Positions 24,896 through 38,079 of a stretch of DNA of 41,790 nt are shown one piece after another (the stretch's first letter is position 1; each line of letters opens with the position of its first letter). The notes under the pieces were generated by a model. The model saw only the letters and a program-made list of their open reading frames with translations, searched no databases and was not told the origin of the DNA. The position numbers and the translations under genes were made by a program. Where the stretch lies: positions 123,309,657 to 123,351,446 of the forward strand of contig NC_068985.1 in assembly GCF_001194135.2 (NCBI RefSeq), in the 5' to 3' direction. The stretch comes from Octopus bimaculoides. Taxonomy: Eukaryota.

Positions 24896-26039
24896 TCTTG
24901 ATACGCTTTGGATGACCCGATGCAATCGAAAACACTGCTCTTGTATTATTTCTGCATCATCGTACCATCGCAGATGGTTCCTAAGAAATGTCAGACGAAC
25001 ATTGTATATTCCTTATTTTTCTCTTGTGAGTGGCAAAAACGCAGTGAATCTTGTGTATAACACAGTTTTGCTTCTCATAGTACCATTACACTTCAGGTAT
25101 CCGCGTTTTCCGGCCTTGATCAGTATTCTCAAGAGGGAAGGACTACGTAGAACTCACTTGCTCATACTATGGAAAGCCAACAATTTATTAAGATTTATGG
25201 ACCGTTCTTGTTGTAATATGGAGACCCTTTTGTGACTGAACAATATTCATATTTAAGAAGAAGACTTTGTAAGTTGCCAACATGTCGAGATTGTGACTCG
25301 TGTTCAATATCTGATTAAAACTAATTCAAACTTTTGATACAATTATGCTCATATAATAGACGAATGAAATAACTTCCAGTTCCCAATCATAAAAACTTCG
25401 AATATTGTTCTAAATTATAAATCATATTTTAACTCTTTTGCATCACAAGGTATCACAATGAACTAGAAATGGTCTCAGCTTCTAAACAGCTAAGAGCCAG
25501 TCACCTCTCGTTTCTAGATATCTCAGTTTGTACGTCATTCAACTGAGAGAATTCTTTAAGTGATGATATAATCAATAATAAAGAATAAATTACAGAATGC
25601 ATCAAATAATTCATTAATAATCGATCCTGGTTAAGGATATTTAATTCACTTAGGACTTTTACATATAGGTGGCGTCTATATATCCTCCATCAACAGCTGT
25701 CTTATTCACAAACACCTCAGGAAAACTTAAGAAATACAACACTTTATAAAATCAAGAAAGATGCATTCATTTATCCAGTAGTAAATATATTTTGAAGTTA
25801 GTTTCCTCACATTATATACTCGGGGATAATACTAATACTAGTTCATATATTTATATTCATTCGGCTGTCTTAATACAAATCACAGATATGCACACACATA
25901 TATATACGCACACATATGCATATAGCATGTGCATGTATATGTGTATGTATGGACTTTTGTATCTATCCATACGTATTTAACACATACTTACACACACACA
26001 CATACATACAAACTTGCGCGCGCGTGCACTCGCATGAAG

Positions 26040-26161
26040 AAGGAGGAGGGGAGGAGAGGAGGAGGGGAGGAGGAGGGGAGGAAAAGGTGGAGAAGAAGAA
26101 GAAGAAGAAGAAGAAGAAGAAGAAGAAGAAGAAGAAGAAGAAGAAGAAGAAGAAGAAGAAG
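26040..26161. repeat. (GGA)-rich tract followed by perfect (GAA)n
   Basis: Directly visible homopurine run; source of the poly-K/R/F/S ORFs. Confidence 0.95.
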
Positions 26162-27834
26162 ATACAATCATCTAGAAATTTGAAAAGAAATATGTATGAA
26201 AAGTGTATAAACAGTAAAAAGAGCATAAATGCACGAAAAGTTGAATTACTAAACTTTCTACCATATCTCTTGATAAGAGTGAAAGCTTTCTTTATCGTTT
26301 GGTAGAAAATCAATAAAACATATAATCGATGATCACGTTGCTCCTAACGTTTTCAGTATCTTATATACATTATCAAGGATTTGTGCAGAAATATACTTAG
26401 CAAGAGCGAGATGGTGTTGGTAAATAAAGACTAAATATGTCTTTACTCTGCATAGAAAATCTATTACCCATAAATTCTGTTATAAGTTGCTGTTTTGGTA
26501 CAGTGGAATGTATTTACATACTTCAGTCCGCCATTGGCGCGTGCGTTTGTCAGTGTTACACACTCACGAGTTATTCCTGTTGGTTATATTCTTAATAATT
26601 ATTTAATGTATTTTGTGGTTGGTGAATTTAGATTTGGTTTTAGAGTTGGGTATTGATTATTAGCGTCGATTTTCTACTTAAGATTTGCTTTAATACTGAT
26701 TTCAGGTGTTGCAGCTATAGACTTCATTAACTGGGCAAGCTTAGTGTAATTCTAATCAGCACGAAGCTGTAGTTATATGAGGTATGTTAAATGTATTCTC
26801 GAAAGTAGTAATGCTATTACCGAGATACATCTAATAGGGCAATAACTGTATACAATGGGATAAAAACAGTTCTTTATGAAATAACTGCTACAACATTGGG
26901 TTGTAGTAGTAGATGTTGTTGTTTAACCCCAAGTTAGCCGTGAACAAATCTATAGACAAAGATGTCACAGCCACGGCTAACCCAATTTATTCATCACTTA
27001 CAAGAATATTGTATAACCAGATTAAATCATACAATGTGTCATAATGTGGTTTGGGAAAGATTTTACTTCTATTTCAAGCTCATCGAGCGATCCTGGAAAC
27101 TTGAAGCCGAGGTCGTGAGTTTCACCTTGTTGGGTTGTGTTAGCTTAGAATAAACTGTAACAAAGTATGTGCTCTCATTAGCTTGGGCATTTACATTAAA
27201 GAGAGAATATTTCTTAAATTTGAACTTTGAAACTGCTTATAGTTGTCTACCTGTAAAGTTTATTACCTAATCAGTAAAATGAGTACAAACATAATTAATG
27301 TAGTGAAACGAAAAATTAATCTATTAGAATTGCACCTGTAATAAATAGAGTAGTTCTGGTTAAGATAGGCAAGGGAAATAACCCCAAAATTGAAATGATG
27401 TGAAATTAATTAAAGATATATTACAGTGAAGAGATAGTCTTATCTTTAGTAATTGGATGACAACTGTGGACATGTCTCGGTCTTTCAGACCTTATCAGTG
27501 AAAGATGGTTTAATTGTTACTGCAAGACCTTAACTGACTAGAGCATACGTAGGAATACTGGGTGTTGTATAACTTCAATGATAAACGGACGGGTAGTAGT
27601 ATGTGGCAGTTTCAAAGTACAGGCAAATATCTAATACCGAATTGATGTAATCGGAAACAACATTCCGATGGCTCACAAAGAGAACAGATTTTTAATCCCG
27701 AAGACTGAAAGAAACGGGAATTATTTGAAGTTAGTAGCGGTGTGAATCTTTCTTCCTGTCGCCGCCTTGTCGCCAAATCTGATATCAAGCGTTACTAACT
27801 CTGTAATTCCAACAGAAAATGAGGGGGGGGGGGG

Positions 27835-28015
27835 GGTGAGCTGGTAGAATGCTTGGCGGCATTTTATCCGTCTTTACGTCTGAGTTCACGCTCCACCGAT
27901 ATCGACTCAACCTCTCGTCCTTTTGAGGTTGATTAAATAAGTACCAGTTGAGCCTTGGGGTCGATGTAATCAACTTACACGCTTCCCCGAAATTGCTGAC
28001 CAATTCCAAAAGAAA
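27835..28015 (+). mobile_element. SINE with Meta/MESC-like core
   Basis: ggtgagctggtagaat head, ctgagttca B-box-like motif, then cgactcaacctctcgtccttttgaggttgattaaataagtaccagttgagccttggggtcgatgtaatc. Confidence 0.75.
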
Positions 28016-28849
28016 ATATATCAGAGGAGAATAAATAAAATTTCGGAAAAATTGTGCCCTGTAGGACATAACATGGCACTTCCTCTCATCACCCATTAAA
28101 TCGGGGGACTTTATTCAGTTTTAACAAAGATTCGCACCAATTAAGAAATTGTTTTCAACAAAATTTAAGAAGTCTTCCGGAATCAACATGACATACCTAC
28201 ACCAAAAGTGATAATAATAAGAATATTAATAATATAAATTATTGGTGCGGTTTTAACAGGTAGTCTATTGTTTAATTATTTTATAAATTTGGTCCTTATC
28301 TTCTGAACTAACATATCCTTTCGCTTTTGTTCAGGCTGTTTTGCAAATTTTACTTGCTAACAGAGATATGCACTGAAAGAAGGCTTGGGGTGCATGACCT
28401 GTTTTCTTCTTGATATCAAATGAGCCTTTTAAACCAAATTGAAAAATATATTTTCATACAATATACGGTAGTAACACTTGTTTTTCAGCTACAGATTCCA
28501 CTATTACTAAATCAACATATAAAAAGATTAAATCGATGTCTCCAACATAAAAACAAAATAAATAAAATTATTATTTTTTAATTAGTAAATAATTTTTTTA
28601 ACACCCTATAATAAACAACCTCGACATTTCTAATACGAAATTGATTGTCAAAATCGATACAATTTCATTAACAGATATAAACAATATCTAGATTATTTAT
28701 TATGAAATTAAGTAATTTGTTTCGCGAATACGACAATAACGACAGATCCTACTGTTTTAGATACTTCTCTTCTTCATACCTTCAGTATGTTTGGTTCTTG
28801 TGTTTATGGTACGAATCATTATAATCTCACGGAAGTGCGTTCAAATAGC

Positions 28850-28960
28850 GTCTAGAGCAACTTTGCCTTTCATACGTCCGGAGTCGATAGAATAAAGTCA
28901 GATACTGAAGGCGATTAAATCAGTTCACCCCCCACCCCCCGCAATTTCTGGTTTTATGCT
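28850..28960 (+). mobile_element. Degraded SINE core fragment (Meta/MESC-like)
   Basis: caactttgcctttcatacgtccggagtcgatagaataaag. Confidence 0.55.
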
Positions 28961-29240
28961 TTTATAAGATATCATCATCACACTAAGAGGCAATATTTAA
29001 ATAAACATTTGGACGCCGCTTATTTTGTAACAGACAAACTAAGACAGTCACTGAAATACATGTAACATAGCATACTTTAACGTATTTATTTTTATAATGT
29101 TAGCTCTACTTTTCCTCCATCACAGCTTGATGAAATGAGTAGTTGTCAATAGTTATTCCCTATTTGCTCCCGTAAACCAAAATTAATTTCATTGAAATTC
29201 ACTAATCACTTTAAAGTAGAAGATACAACAAATACATGGC

Positions 29241-29321
<81 letters not shown>

Positions 29322-29590
29322 TGCAATGGATGCGAGCAACTATCAGTCATAAACTGCCGCACAAACTAGACATTGACATCCTTCACGAATATTCAAAACA
29401 TTTTATAGTCATTTCACTATATATTTCTACAGTTATACATTTTGTCTTTATTACATTGGCTCTTCAGTTTTGTATGATTTAGTATTGTAAACTAAATCAT
29501 AATTTGCATTGAATTTTTTTCCTACCCTCAATCTTATAATAATAATAACAATAATGATAATAACAACAACTACAACACTAATAATAATAA

Positions 29591-29723
29591 TCATTTCTAC
29601 TATAGGTATAAAGCCTAGAATTTCAGGGGAGAGGGGTAGTCGATCACATCGGCCCCAGTACTTGACTGGTACTTAATTCATCGACTCCGAAAGGATGAAA
29701 GGCAAAGTTGATCTCGGCAGAAT

Positions 29724-29725
<2 letters not shown>
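29591..29725 (-). mobile_element. 5'-truncated Meta/MESC-like SINE embedded in an (AAT)n array
   Basis: Reverse complement reads aaattctgccgagatcaactttgcctttcatcctttcggagtcgatgaattaagtaccagtcaagtactgggg...gtagaaatg(att)n, with AAT repeats on both sides. Confidence 0.8.
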
Positions 29726-29798
<73 letters not shown>

Positions 29799-30285
29799 GT
29801 GGCATACTGCCACTAATGAGCATTTTAAGAAAGATGTGTGTGGAGTACATGCTAGGCAGGGTGAAAGTTAACAACCTGTGGTTTATGGATGATCTAAAGC
29901 TATTTGCAAAGACTGAGAAAGAAAATGAAAGTTTGACGACAACTGTGCAGATGATTAGCAAAGATATTGGCATGGAATTTGGGATTGAGAAATGTGGTGT
30001 AATGATTCTCAAAATGGGGTGGGGGGAAGATCAGTAAAAGCCATGGGATCAAGCTGGAAAGTGGTGAAACTATAAAGGAAGTCGGGGAGGATGGATATAA
30101 GTACTTGGGTGTCATTGAAAGAGATAAGATGAATGAACACGAGATGAAAGAAATATATAGGAAAGAGTATTTGAGGAGAACCCGGCTTGTGCTCCAATCG
30201 AAGCTAAATGACCGCTAGAAGATTAGAGGAATTAACACGCGGGCTGTTTCTTTGATGAGATATGCGGCAGGAATAGTATCTTAGA
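29799..30285 (+). mobile_element. R4/Dong-type non-LTR retrotransposon RT fragment
   Basis: Starts directly after (AAT)n: GILPLMSILRK..VNNLWFMDDLKLFAK..ISKDIGMEFGIEKCG..YKYLGV..YLRRTRLVLQSKLN..GINTRAVSLMRYAAG. Confidence 0.85.
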
Positions 30286-30378
30286 AGAACTACTACCCCA
30301 TAATCGTGAGCCTAACACCTTATATGTATATACATACGTAAATCCATCCATCTATACATACATGCATACATACATACA

Positions 30379-30409
<31 letters not shown>

Positions 30410-31202
30410 GCATACGCTTATGTGTATGTGTTTGTGTGTGTGTGCCAGTGTGTATGTATGTATATGTATACGCAAAAAGAAATATGTTAAATTATTCTGC
30501 AGTAAATATTATTAAATTCCATTAAATTCAGTTCATTATTTTCATATATATAGCTGCTAGAAGTAAGTAAATGAAAATTTCTTGTGACAAAAAATCTTCG
30601 AAAGATATGAAAATATTGAAATACTGGAATTTATTTACAATTATTATTCGTTTCACTTTTATCGGCTTTTATCTTGCACATCCATCAAATAAATTAAGTT
30701 TTCTGCTGTGTATTTATTTAAATATTGGATAATATGAAACTGTAGGCGTAGTCTGGTCGAATGGTTAAGGAGCTGGCTTCGGAATCACAAAATTCCAGAT
30801 TCTCGAATACTTGACCACTTACGCACTAATTCGATGAGTTTTGGTTGTTCATTTGATCAAACAATCTAAAACTCATTGTTGGAAATTTTGACTGCGATCC
30901 GTTTTAATACGAAATTTAGTGGGGGGGGGGGGGGTGAATGTGTGTGTGGGCGCGCGCGCGTGTCCGGCTGAAGGGTTGCTTTGAATGATGACAATATCTC
31001 TAAAGTAGCTTTAGCGAATTACTGACTTTTATCGAGATAAGCAAAAATTAAATTTTCAATCATATATTCAATGAAATAATATAGTGGTGAATTAAGAAGT
31101 CAACATACATTAATAAGTCATAACAATAGCTTTCTCCTGTTAGCCATATACTCGAAAATATTTATGACTTCACTATTATTAACAGGAATATGTTTGTCAA
31201 TA

Positions 31203-31585
31203 GTAGAGATGCAATGGCCCAGTGGTTAGGGCAGCAGACTCGCGGTCATAAGATCACGGTTTCGATACCCAGACCGAGCGTTGTGAGTGTTTATTGAGCT
31301 AAAACACCTAAAAGCTCCACGAGGCTCCGGCAGAGGATGGTGGCGAACCCTGCTGTACTCTTTCACCACAACTTTCTCTCACTCTTACTTCCTGTTTCTG
31401 TTGTGCCTGTAATTCAAAGGGTCAGCCTTGTCACACTGTGTCACGCTGAATATCCCCGAGAACTACATTAAGAGTACACGTGTCTGTGGAGTGCTCAGCC
31501 ACTTGCACGTTAATTTCACGAGCAGGCTGTTCCATTGATCGGATCAACTGGAACCCTCGACGCTGTAAGCGACGGAGTGCCAACA
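31203..31585 (+). mobile_element. tRNA(Arg-like)-derived SINE with a 12-bp TSD
   Basis: Head gcaatggcccagtggttagggcag..gtttcgatacc. TSD atgtttgtcaat at 31190-31201 and 31586-31597. Highly similar to 39513-39899. Confidence 0.92.
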
Positions 31586-33479
31586 ATGTTTGTCAATGCT
31601 AAGTAGCATGAAATAGGAGGGCGGGTGTCCCTCTTCTTCCTTTTCTGCTGTTTAAACTTAATTAATTTGATCTTGATACAGAAACACTTGCAATTGCTGT
31701 TCTTACTGGGAAGACAAGATGGAATCATTTTCTGCGATAAATTGAGATTTGATCTCACAATTCTCTGCAATGAGTAGAATGCATAAAATATCCTGAATTC
31801 TGTTAAAAGTTTATAATCGTATTCAACACCATAGAACTAACCCATAGTATTTAATTCTTAAAATTGACTACCAGTTGCCATATCTTCACCTGGATTTCTA
31901 GTTGAAGAGCACAGTTAGGTTCTTGAGCTACTTCAGGATCTTATTTGTCATTTCTTCATCCTTTCTTTTAATCTTAACTCAATTTCCTAGACAAACGCAC
32001 ACAAAAATGGATAATCGTCACATACTTTCAGATTTTTTTACAGTAATCATTCTATCTGAATTCACAGTTTAAACGTTTATTTTTCTGTTTGTTGGTATTA
32101 CTCTACTGGAAAGGAAAACTAAGAAAAATATTAAAATTACAAAGATAAAAGACCAAAATTTCTTGCAAATTAACATAAACAATAGTCAAATTCAGGATAT
32201 TGTTACAAACACAACCATGTTTCACCGAGTTCTTTTCTCTGTTTCCTTAACCGTCGTACGTTTGTTTTATACTTTTGACCTTACTACTTGCTTTTATTAT
32301 CTCTGCCTCGTATACTGTTTCTTCTCAACACATTAATTGCATCTTAAATTATTGATAACATCAGAAAATCTACAGCGTCTCCTTTATTGCCAGGATAATA
32401 CGTATTATACAATCTGGTGCTTTTATTGATGAAAATAACGTCAGTTATATTGTCCTATAGTAAGGATAATGAGGCATTTTTATAGCATTCATTATCAATA
32501 ATGACTATACCATTACCGTTGTCTGCTTCTTTAATTAGGTGAAATAAACATCGAAGATGCTTTGCTTTATGCAGAAACTAAAGGGGCTACTTAGGCGTAC
32601 TTGGGTAATTAAAGCCAAAGTAATGTCGAAAGTCCTTCCTTATCATCATCAGGACGACATTTTGCTCGATTTGGGCAACAAAGGCAGAATTAGTTTTCGC
32701 CTGTGAAAGGATTCCAGCTATGGTCTCTTGTCAACTAGAGCCACGTGGAACTGGTTTCATTTCCCATGCTTATCGTCTTGGTGGGTTGCTTCATTTGTCC
32801 GAGTTCCAGGTTAACCTTCTGCAGGAAATAGCACTCCAATCCAGCTCGAAACACACGACAACCGACTGATCATTAAGTCTGTCGTTCTGTTAAGGTTTCT
32901 ATACACTTTAGAGAGGTCTCTGTTTTTATAAAGTTTTCTGTGGTAATTACGTTCATTCTTATGTTTAGATTGTAGCTAGTTCTGTCTGATGTTATATTTC
33001 GGGTTATAATTCCTGTTCCTTTATGCATGTTGGGATCGTCGGTTGTGGGAGATATTCTCTTTTGAGGGAGAGAGTATATGGATTTTTCCGGAGGGATTGC
33101 TACGTTGATTAAATATCCTGGAATTGATGTTACTGTTTTCGTATCCTTGATAAGTTTGAATGTTGGTACTGATTTTATTGTTCGTGGCTAAGTTTTGTAG
33201 ATTTAAGATTTTTTACAGGAATGGTATGCAGAGACAGGTAGAATGCACGAGCGCATGTATGTGGTGCCTAAGTATTTATGTACGCATATATGTGTGTGCG
33301 TATGTGTGTGTGTATGTTATATTTATTGTCAAAGAAATCGAATTGCTTTTAATGTTTTCCTGATTTCTTAATGTTTTTTTCCCTTAGAACGCTGACAATT
33401 CTACTTAAGTGTCTAAATAAGTGTGGTTATTTATGCTATTAGCTTCATCTTTAGAAATGAAGTTAATGCTCTATAATTC

Positions 33480-33709
33480 TCTTAGGCAGCCAGTTAGCGA
33501 GTTGTTAAAGCATCAGATAAAATGTCGTATAGAATTCACATCAGCTCTTTTTACTCTGAGTTCAAATCCCATTGACGTAAGCTTTGCCTCTCCTCCTTTC
33601 GGTGTTAATGTATAAAGAACCAGGCCAGTACTGGGTCGATTCTTCTCTATCTTTTATAGAAAAATTCAGCAGTGATCAGACCTTGAGAGGGGTTGTTTCT
33701 ATCAGATTC
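33480..33709 (+). mobile_element. Degraded SINE (Meta/MESC-like) with an extra 3' segment
   Basis: ctctgagttcaaatccc..gctttgcctctcctcctttcgg..ccagtactgggtcgatt; colinear with 34480-34690. Confidence 0.55.
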
Positions 33710-33741
33710 AGATGTTCAAGTTACGCCTCATTCTTGAGTAC

Positions 33742-33811
33742 CGTTATGATTCCCTCAGTTGTAGGCTCAAGACAATCGTTATGATTCCCTCAGTAGTAGG
33801 TTCAAGACAAT
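33742..33811. repeat. 35-bp tandem duplication
   Basis: cgttatgattccctcagt(t/a)gtagg(c/t)tcaagacaat x2. Confidence 0.9.
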
Positions 33812-34202
33812 CAGTTTTACTTCTAATAAGTTTTCAAGTAGTATTTGAACTAGTGAGACCGCTTATTCAGTAGTCTTTCGAAAAGAGCGACAGAAAATTA
33901 TGCAGAAATATCGTCTCTTCAAATACCCTCTACTATTTGGCCACTTGGATTGTTTTAACTCTTCTGATCACCCTACACTTCTGATAACCTTGCAAAAATG
34001 CAATTAACTATAAGATAATCATGATTGGAGACATGTTCCTTCTGGTAGTTGCAGAAACATACAGCTCTGAACCTTTCATTTTGAGATGATGATCTTTTGG
34101 TAGAAGAGGTGTCTCAGTACTGCAAAACAAGCTTTGTAAATGTTGGATCGACAATAAAATGCCATAGCGTACCAATCAAGTAATGGGAACAATTTCTCCT
34201 TT

Positions 34203-34320
<118 letters not shown>

Positions 34321-34479
34321 TTCTTAAAAGCAGCTATGTAAAGGAGTAAAGACATAATCAGTCCTGCCAACCGTTTCACTGCCATTCTCTGTAGACACTT
34401 CAGTGAAGAAGACTAGATTATTAGCTAATTGTCTTTCATTGTTTCGAACGGTAGGACATGACTGGAACGAAGATTGCTT

Positions 34480-34690
34480 GCTATTTCTTCCAGCTTGAAC
34501 AACCAGTCAGAGTGCCTTTTGCTGGCTACATGTCTTATAGAATTCGCTCCAGCTTTTTCTGCTCCGAGTTCCAATCCCACTGAAGTCAAATTTGCCTGTC
34601 GTCCTTCCGGCCTAGATCGATTCTTCTCTATCTTTTATGGGAAAATCCAGCTGTATTCAGACCTTGAGAGGAATTGTTTCTATTAGATTC
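34480..34690 (+). mobile_element. Degraded SINE, second copy of the 33480 variant
   Basis: Shares tcgattcttctctatcttttat..gaccttgagagg..ttgtttctat.agattc (34617-34690 versus 33636-33709). Confidence 0.55.
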
Positions 34691-34911
34691 GTTGATCTAC
34701 ACACTCATCAAAAATATCAAAACAAATACGCGCTTGTTATCTTCATACCAGCATCATGTTCTCACCCTACTTTTGCAGATTCGAGGAAACTAACGGTGCC
34801 GTTTATCAGGAAGCTGCAACTCAGGGAAGTATATATACTCCGTGTGATGGAGTGGATGTGTTATAATGAAGAGAAATTTAATGTTGTAGGCTAAAATAAC
34901 TTCGCTCCTAC

Positions 34912-35073
34912 GCAGGAGTGGCTGTGTGTTAAGTAGCTTGCCTACCAACCACATGGTTCCAGATTCAGTGCCACTGCGTGGCACCTTCGGCAAGTGTCTT
35001 CTACTATAGCTTCGGGCCGACCAAAGCCTTGTGAGTGGATTTGGTAGACGGAAACTGAAAAAAGCCCGTCATA

Positions 35074-35104
<31 letters not shown>

Positions 35105-35290
35105 GTGTGTGTGTGTCTGTGTCTGTGTTTGTCCCCCAACATTGCTTGACAACCGATGTTGGTGTGTTTACGTCCCCGTAACTTAGTAGTTCGGCAAAAG
35201 AGACCGATAGAATAAGTACTAGGCTTACAAAGAATAAGTCCGAGGGTCGATTTACTCGACTAAAGGCGGTGCTCCAGCATGGCTACAGTN
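34912..35290 (+). mobile_element. Well-preserved octopus-type tRNA SINE with internal TA/TG microsatellite, 3' end in a gap
   Basis: ggagtggctgtgtgttaagtagcttgc..ggttccagattcagtgccactgcgtggcaccttcggcaagtgtcttctactatagc..gcaaaagagaccgatagaataagtact..ggtgctccagcatggc. Confidence 0.92.
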
Positions 35291-35299
35291 NNNNNNNNN

Positions 35300-35353
<54 letters not shown>

Positions 35354-36027
35354 CATATATATATATATAATTAATATTTTTGCCAATATACATTTAACAA
35401 AAGAAAATTCAAAATTCTCAAAACATGGCTTTCTTTATTGAACTTAGGGAACTTGTGTCAGAACTGGAGGAGGATATTTTTTTAGCAGATATACTGACAA
35501 TGACGTCAGCAGATTTCCTGATGCTTCATTAAGTTCAGGAAAATAACTGGTCGAAATAACTCAGCGGTGCGTTCTGCTTACTCAATACGCATATGATACG
35601 GAGACTACTAATTTCATGGATAATATCAGTTTTTTAATTCACTGTATCACATATGCGAGATCAGCAGTAACTCGTGATTATATATTACATATTATATTGC
35701 TTCACATTTAGACGCGCACACACACACACACACACACATACTGTCAGGAACATTGTTGCTGATGTGCTTTCACTAGGATCCTTTGATCTCTGATTTAACC
35801 TAGGCAAGAATTTTTTTTTTTCGTTGCTATATCATTATTATTACCTACAATATTATTCTGCTTGTTCCTGCGATATGGTTGTTTTGTCCATATCTTACTC
35901 CAAGGGAGGTAATAACTCAATGGAGAAAGATATACATAGACAGAGAAGTGGGGAAGAGGAGAAAGAAAGAAACCGAAGTAGTGGAATCAATGGAAAAAAT
36001 AGGAAGAGAAAACGCGAGAGGAAGAGG

Positions 36028-36077
<50 letters not shown>

Positions 36078-36149
36078 NNNNNNNNNNNNNNNNNNNNNNN
36101 NNNNNNNNNNNNNNNNNNNNNNNNNNNNNNNNNNNNNNNNNNNNNNNNN

Positions 36150-36203
<54 letters not shown>

Positions 36204-37299
36204 TAAATGAGTCTACAGATATATCAATAGATATACAATATATATTAATAGATATACAAATTGTTAGCTGAACTGCTATGAAATGTTATATTCAAAAGTA
36301 GTTTTGATTAAATGGCAGAATTTAAAGTGAATCTTTTGAAATTCCTTACTCGTGTTTGATATATTAACGTAATATAGAAAAATAAATTCTATATAGAATG
36401 TTAATTATCCAGTGTAGATAATTATCCAACGTAACAGAGAGTATTGCTTAAGGTCATACGTTCATAATTATTTATGAGGTGAAAATACCGAATGAGTTTT
36501 TTCCCAGAGTCCTTAATTTTATTTGTTTTGTGTAAGGTGGATGTGATAATTTAGTCAAAGAAAAAAGGACAGGGTCTATGATCCCTTTAAGGCCCCCGAA
36601 AGTTTTTGAGAAGAGGGAAGCAAGTTATGGTCAGCACCAGAGCACTTGTCTGACTGCTAACGATAGAGAGGAATCTGCTAAAGGCACCCAAGTCACTAAA
36701 CCGAGTGCCGGATTAAGTTTACCATCCAACAACAAAAGCGATCCTTCCGATCAGTTTCCACGTGATTTCCTGAGCATATAACAGAAGATTTTTTTACCCA
36801 AGACGCCACGCAGTGGAATAGAATCCGAAACCACGTAGTATTCTCAACAGCAAAGAACGAGGTAGTGTAAAATAAAGTATTGTACTTCAGAATAAGTCAA
36901 CATGAGCTAACAGTAGATTTATCTAATACTCCAACGCAGAAGCCGCCAATTGAGCTCTCGATTTGCTAGAAATAGCATCCAAACCTGCCTCTAAGCACCA
37001 CCTGTCATTTTAAATAATGAACGACTCGTTGAAATGTTGAACTAGGTGGTCCAAGATGTTAACAAAGAGGCGTCATCACGACTTGATCACTTTTATTGTA
37101 TCAACTCTGACCTTGCGACTAAGAAAAATCAATAAATGACAACTTATAAACCTAGAGTTGATAAACCCGTATCCTCTTCTCTCAAACATTTCGACATCTC
37201 TTTTAATATTAAACATCATGCAACTGACAATTCTCCTTCAAATATAGAAATTCCGCTAGCCAGCCTTTTATTTTTAAGCCTCTTTTCTTTTTTTCAGTG

Positions 37300-37690
37300 A
37301 TACAATAATCAAGTAGAAAATCATTTGAAAGAATGTCAAACATACTTACAACATAAAAATATTAATATAAAAACCAGAAAACTAATTTAAAGCGTTATAT
37401 ATTGTCTACTCTATTATATGGAGCTGGAGTAGAGACATTAATAAAAATATTATCAAATAAATGACAGCCCTTTGAGATATAAAAATATACAAAACTTCTG
37501 AGAATATTATGGTTAGAATACAAAGCCAATGATGAAGTACTAAGAACAGCAAAGAAATTTTTAAATGCTGGGAAACATTATTAGATGCTAGCAAAGAGAG
37601 AAGACTAATATAGTTTTTACAGAGATTTTTTTAATAAAAGGGAAAATGATCAGGAGACAACCAAGTACTATAACTTATGTAAATGGATAG
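37300..37690 (+). mobile_element. RTE-clade LINE C-terminal fragment
   Basis: NINIKTRKLI..YILSTLLYGAG..PFEI*KYTKLLRILWLEYKANDEVLR resembles the RTE post-RT motif STLLYG.E.W...AFEMW.YRR.LRI.W...TNEEVL. Confidence 0.7.
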
Positions 37691-37913
37691 TAGCGTGAAT
37701 TCCATGGTTGAAACAGGTTGCCACTAAATTTTGGTGATGCAGACAACATGAAAAGATCTACACCAATCGCACAATCATTCTAGAAACAGTTGTAAAGAGC
37801 TACTTGCATACTATCTACATCTAAAGTATTATGAATTTCTCCCATTCCGTACGAACCCTGACTTCTTACTATATATATATTCCTTTACGTGTATAAGATA
37901 TGACCACAAGGTG

Positions 37914-37979
37914 GACATCCAATATGCTAGACATCCAATATGCTAGACATCCAATATGCTAGACATCCAATATGCTAGA
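37914..37979. repeat. 16-bp perfect tandem repeat x4
   Basis: gacatccaatatgcta at 37914, 37930, 37946 and 37962. Confidence 0.95.
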
Positions 37980-38079
37980 AAGAGATGATCAACGACCCAA
38001 CCACAAAGAAAAATAATGTTCTGCAGAAAAATTTCGCAAAAACACCAGAACAGGACAAAATGAGAAATATACAGAATAA

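Noticed and set aside
27000-27720. Several minus-strand exon-like pieces (e.g. NTTQQGETHDLGFKFPGSLDELEIEVKSF; acceptor at about 27705)
   Set aside because: I could not chain them in compatible phases; indistinguishable from chance without RNA data.
31505-31585. Twister-like words (UUAA, GU-NNN-AAGC, GGAG) in the SINE tail
   Set aside because: The P2, P4 and pseudoknot pairings required for twister do not form in either copy.
32630-33180. GC-richer block plus degraded ORF-like sequence, with a minus-strand CUGAUGA at about 32646-32652
   Set aside because: Probably an old retroelement piece, but no diagnostic motif; the hammerhead GAAA and stems are missing.
36578-36781. 67-aa plus ORF
   Set aside because: No splice signals or domain resemblance; adjacent to SINE remnants.
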